Below are positions 61,703 through 64,000 of a DNA stretch of 64,000 nucleotides, piece after piece. The stretch is from NCBI GenBank assembly GCA_032718475.1, contig JAUCBJ010006053.1, positions 12,678 to 76,677 on the forward strand. The letters run 5' to 3'. The translations under genes were made by a program, and so were the position numbers. The notes under the pieces are model-generated. The model had not been told where the DNA came from and searched no databases. It was given only the letters and a program-made list of their open reading frames with translations. The DNA comes from Nemertoderma westbladi (Eukaryota; Animalia; Xenacoelomorpha). Position 1 is the first letter of the stretch; every line of letters starts with the position of its first letter.

Positions 61703-63058
61703 ATGGATGAAGACGAAACTCTCCCTTTCTTGGCAGACTCTACTCCGTCCTTGACCCGCTCACGTCACATGGAGGTTCTACCGAGATCTCCATCGGAGAG
61801 ATCGAACGGCAATGGCAATGACGAAATTCGTTTAGTACCTGGAGGTGGTCCAGCAAGAAGATATGCTGCTACGACAACCACACCACGAGAAGAATTCTGC
61901 TTAGTAGACCAAGACCATGGAGAACCAACTCCAACTGTTACCTTTCGAGGAGGAGGACACCGCGATTTAGACCCCCATAGTGAAAGTGTACATGTACAGG
62001 TTGGTGCTAGCAGCCAATACAGTAGGCCCAACAGTAGGCATGCTGTGCAAAATAATAGTGATCGTACACCTAACATATTAAGGAGTGAATTCTTTAATTT
62101 TTGGGAAGATCGGTTGTTTATGGAGGACAGTGACAGGAGACCAAGATCACGACACAGGTCTGACTACCCAGACCGTGACAGGTTTAACCCTACAGAGAGA
62201 AATAATGGAAATTATTATTATCTACCAGAGGAGGCTAATTACGTGGTAGGGACTGGACCGACGGTAGTTAGGCCCTCTCCTTTTACTGGGGAAGACCCCA
62301 GAGAGGTAATAGACGAATGGATTGGTAGATTTGATAGGGCAGCCAATGCCAACGCATGGTCATTTTCTAAAAGAGGCATGATCCTTCCTGCGTATTTGCA
62401 AGGGAGAGCAGGTCGATGGTACCAAGCAAATAAGACCTCTCTAGATCGTCTCAACTATTCACAGTTATGTAATGAATTGTTAGATAGGTTTGTCAGCAGT
62501 GCAATTCGTTTTTCATATTATAACGAATTCATAAAATTACACCAAACTGCAACAGAAACAGTTGAAGATTTTGCTGATAAATTAAAAAGAGTTGTGCGCC
62601 GTGCATTATCTTCCCCAGACACAGTGGAGGCACAAAGCAGGATACGAGACCAATTTTTGTATGGTCTCCATATAACGATTCGCTGCAAGGTTTTAGAACA
62701 TGTAGCACATGAGTCCCCTTTAGAAAACGTCATTGCAGAGGCTAAAATGATAGAAGCTAGTGTACGTGTAGATAACCCTATGTTAAAAGCACCACTTACA
62801 GAAGATGATATTGAACGTATCATTCAGAAGTCTAGAGAAAAAAATCATTACAGATCACCGTCAAATCATAAAACCGAATTTAATTTGGAAAGTACCTCTC
62901 GGTTTGAGGAAAGCGTTAGGAAAGCGTTTGATGATCATGAAGAAGATGACAACGTACCTATACCAGTTCCAATGCACTCTAGCACATATATAAGAAAAAT
63001 GGGTGAGAAAAAGAGAAAAGAGGTGGTTGATTTTTCACAACAATCTAATCCATCTTAA
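61703..63058 (+). CDS. Chimeric 451-aa ORF: Ty3/gypsy-type Gag capsid fused in frame to the Harbinger transposase C-terminus
   Basis: Gag motifs PSPFTGED, WIGRFD, LQGRAGRWY, QTATETVEDFA and DQFLYGL; from 62925 the sequence is nearly identical to 22680-22847. Confidence 0.85.
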   Translation: MDEDETLPFLADSTPSLTRSRHMEVLPRSPSERSNGNGNDEIRLVPGGGPARRYAATTTTPREEFCLVDQDHGEPTPTVTFRGGGHRDLDPHSESVHVQVGASSQYSRPNSRHAVQNNSDRTPNILRSEFFNFWEDRLFMEDSDRRPRSRHRSDYPDRDRFNPTERNNGNYYYLPEEANYVVGTGPTVVRPSPFTGEDPREVIDEWIGRFDRAANANAWSFSKRGMILPAYLQGRAGRWYQANKTSLDRLNYSQLCNELLDRFVSSAIRFSYYNEFIKLHQTATETVEDFADKLKRVVRRALSSPDTVEAQSRIRDQFLYGLHITIRCKVLEHVAHESPLENVIAEAKMIEASVRVDNPMLKAPLTEDDIERIIQKSREKNHYRSPSNHKTEFNLESTSRFEESVRKAFDDHEEDDNVPIPVPMHSSTYIRKMGEKKRKEVVDFSQQSNPS

Positions 63059-63238
63059 TCCATAATAATCATATCATCATCTCAATATATCTATTATACC
63101 TTCTATAGAACTTAATAATTGAGCTCTACAGAACCTCCCTTCTATATCAACTGCACATGCACAATTAATTATTTACTTTACACTGATTGATACGTATAAA
63201 TGTTTTCAGCAGTTTGTAAAGTATGCACAGTAGTAGGC

Positions 63239-63625
63239 CTACTCACTCACACTCGGATTTTCATTCTGAAATTGCGGTATCATTAGCTGTATTTGGAAAT
63301 TTAGTTTTTGTTTTTCAATGTTTAGCTTTTCAGTTTCTAATAAAATATTTTCCTTCTTTAGAACCAATTTTTCTTTCTCTAATGTGAGTTTCTCAGCCTC
63401 TAATTGCATAATGTTGCGGTGTAAATCTTCAAGCTTTGGTTTTTTTTCACAATTACCAGATCTACTTTCCCTAACACAATTATTGTCACGTTTTAATGGC
63501 AGCCGTGGAGTGGTGGTTGTGGTAGCAGAACAATCAGTAACTGTGGAGATATTATCCTCTTCTTCGGAGCTCTCTGCATTTGAACTCTCTTCTACTGAGC
63601 AAGCGACATAAGTAGTACTTTCTAA
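63239..63625 (-). pseudogene. C-terminal exon of the Harbinger partner (Myb/SANT-type) protein
   Basis: Open minus frame ...EESSNAESSEEED...LEAEKLTLEKEKLVLKKENILLETEKLNIEKQKL...VSE*, convergent with the transposase as expected for Harbinger. The Myb domain itself is not in view. Confidence 0.65.
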
Positions 63626-64000
63626 GGCCCCAAGAAGTTACTTTTTTGCGGCACCACTTGTAGTGTCAACATTTTTAGTAGGGTCTAGCAGACCGTTTGT
63701 GACCAAAAGATGAGGATAACCAACTGCGTCGCACGATGGCCGGACTGGAGTCACGATTCATGGATTCTCCAGAACAGCAATCCCTGGGAAGCTTTCGAGG
63801 CAGGCGATTGCGATGGAATTATATTGGGAGACTCTGGATATCCTTATCGGCCTTGGTTAATGACCCCTTAACCCTACCACGGAACGACAATCACAGGTGT
63901 TTCAACATCGGACATAAGGAATACCCGAGTTTTGGTAGAACAGACAATTGGTCTGTGGAAACGTCGCTTTCGGGTGTTGTTCGATGGATGTCGCCTGAAG
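63626..64000 (+). mobile_element. Degraded Harbinger element of a second family, running off the right edge
   Basis: TAA|GGCCCC start; frameshifted VARWP..SHDSWILQNS, ILGDSGYPYRPWLMTP and TRVLVEQTIGLWKRRFRVL. Confidence 0.8.

Overview
Animal (probably marine invertebrate; this is inferred only from element types and composition) repeat-dense DNA with no recognisable host gene, rRNA, true tRNA gene or CRISPR array. Almost all of the 64 kb is nested transposable elements. In order: the 3' end of a pogo/Tc1-type element; a decayed CR1-group LINE with a 2A-like motif; a Sola2-like transposase carrying a (DEVDGSG)n minisatellite; an intact Chapaev-like transposase between ~470-bp inverted repeats; a 4.26-kb fold-back palindrome holding two Harbinger transposase copies; a young 14.2-kb BEL/Pao LTR element with 5-bp TSD; an RTE fragment; a decayed tyrosine-recombinase element; a MULE transposase split by a LINE; several MITEs with clean TSDs; and a Gag-Harbinger chimeric ORF. 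The most interesting signal is in the BEL/Pao element. It keeps Gag-protease but has lost RT and integrase, it has no tRNA-type primer-binding site, and the 11 nt after its 5' LTR are exactly complementary to 11 nt inside the LTR, which suggests Tf1-style self-priming. All family calls rest on motif recognition by eye; no database search was run.
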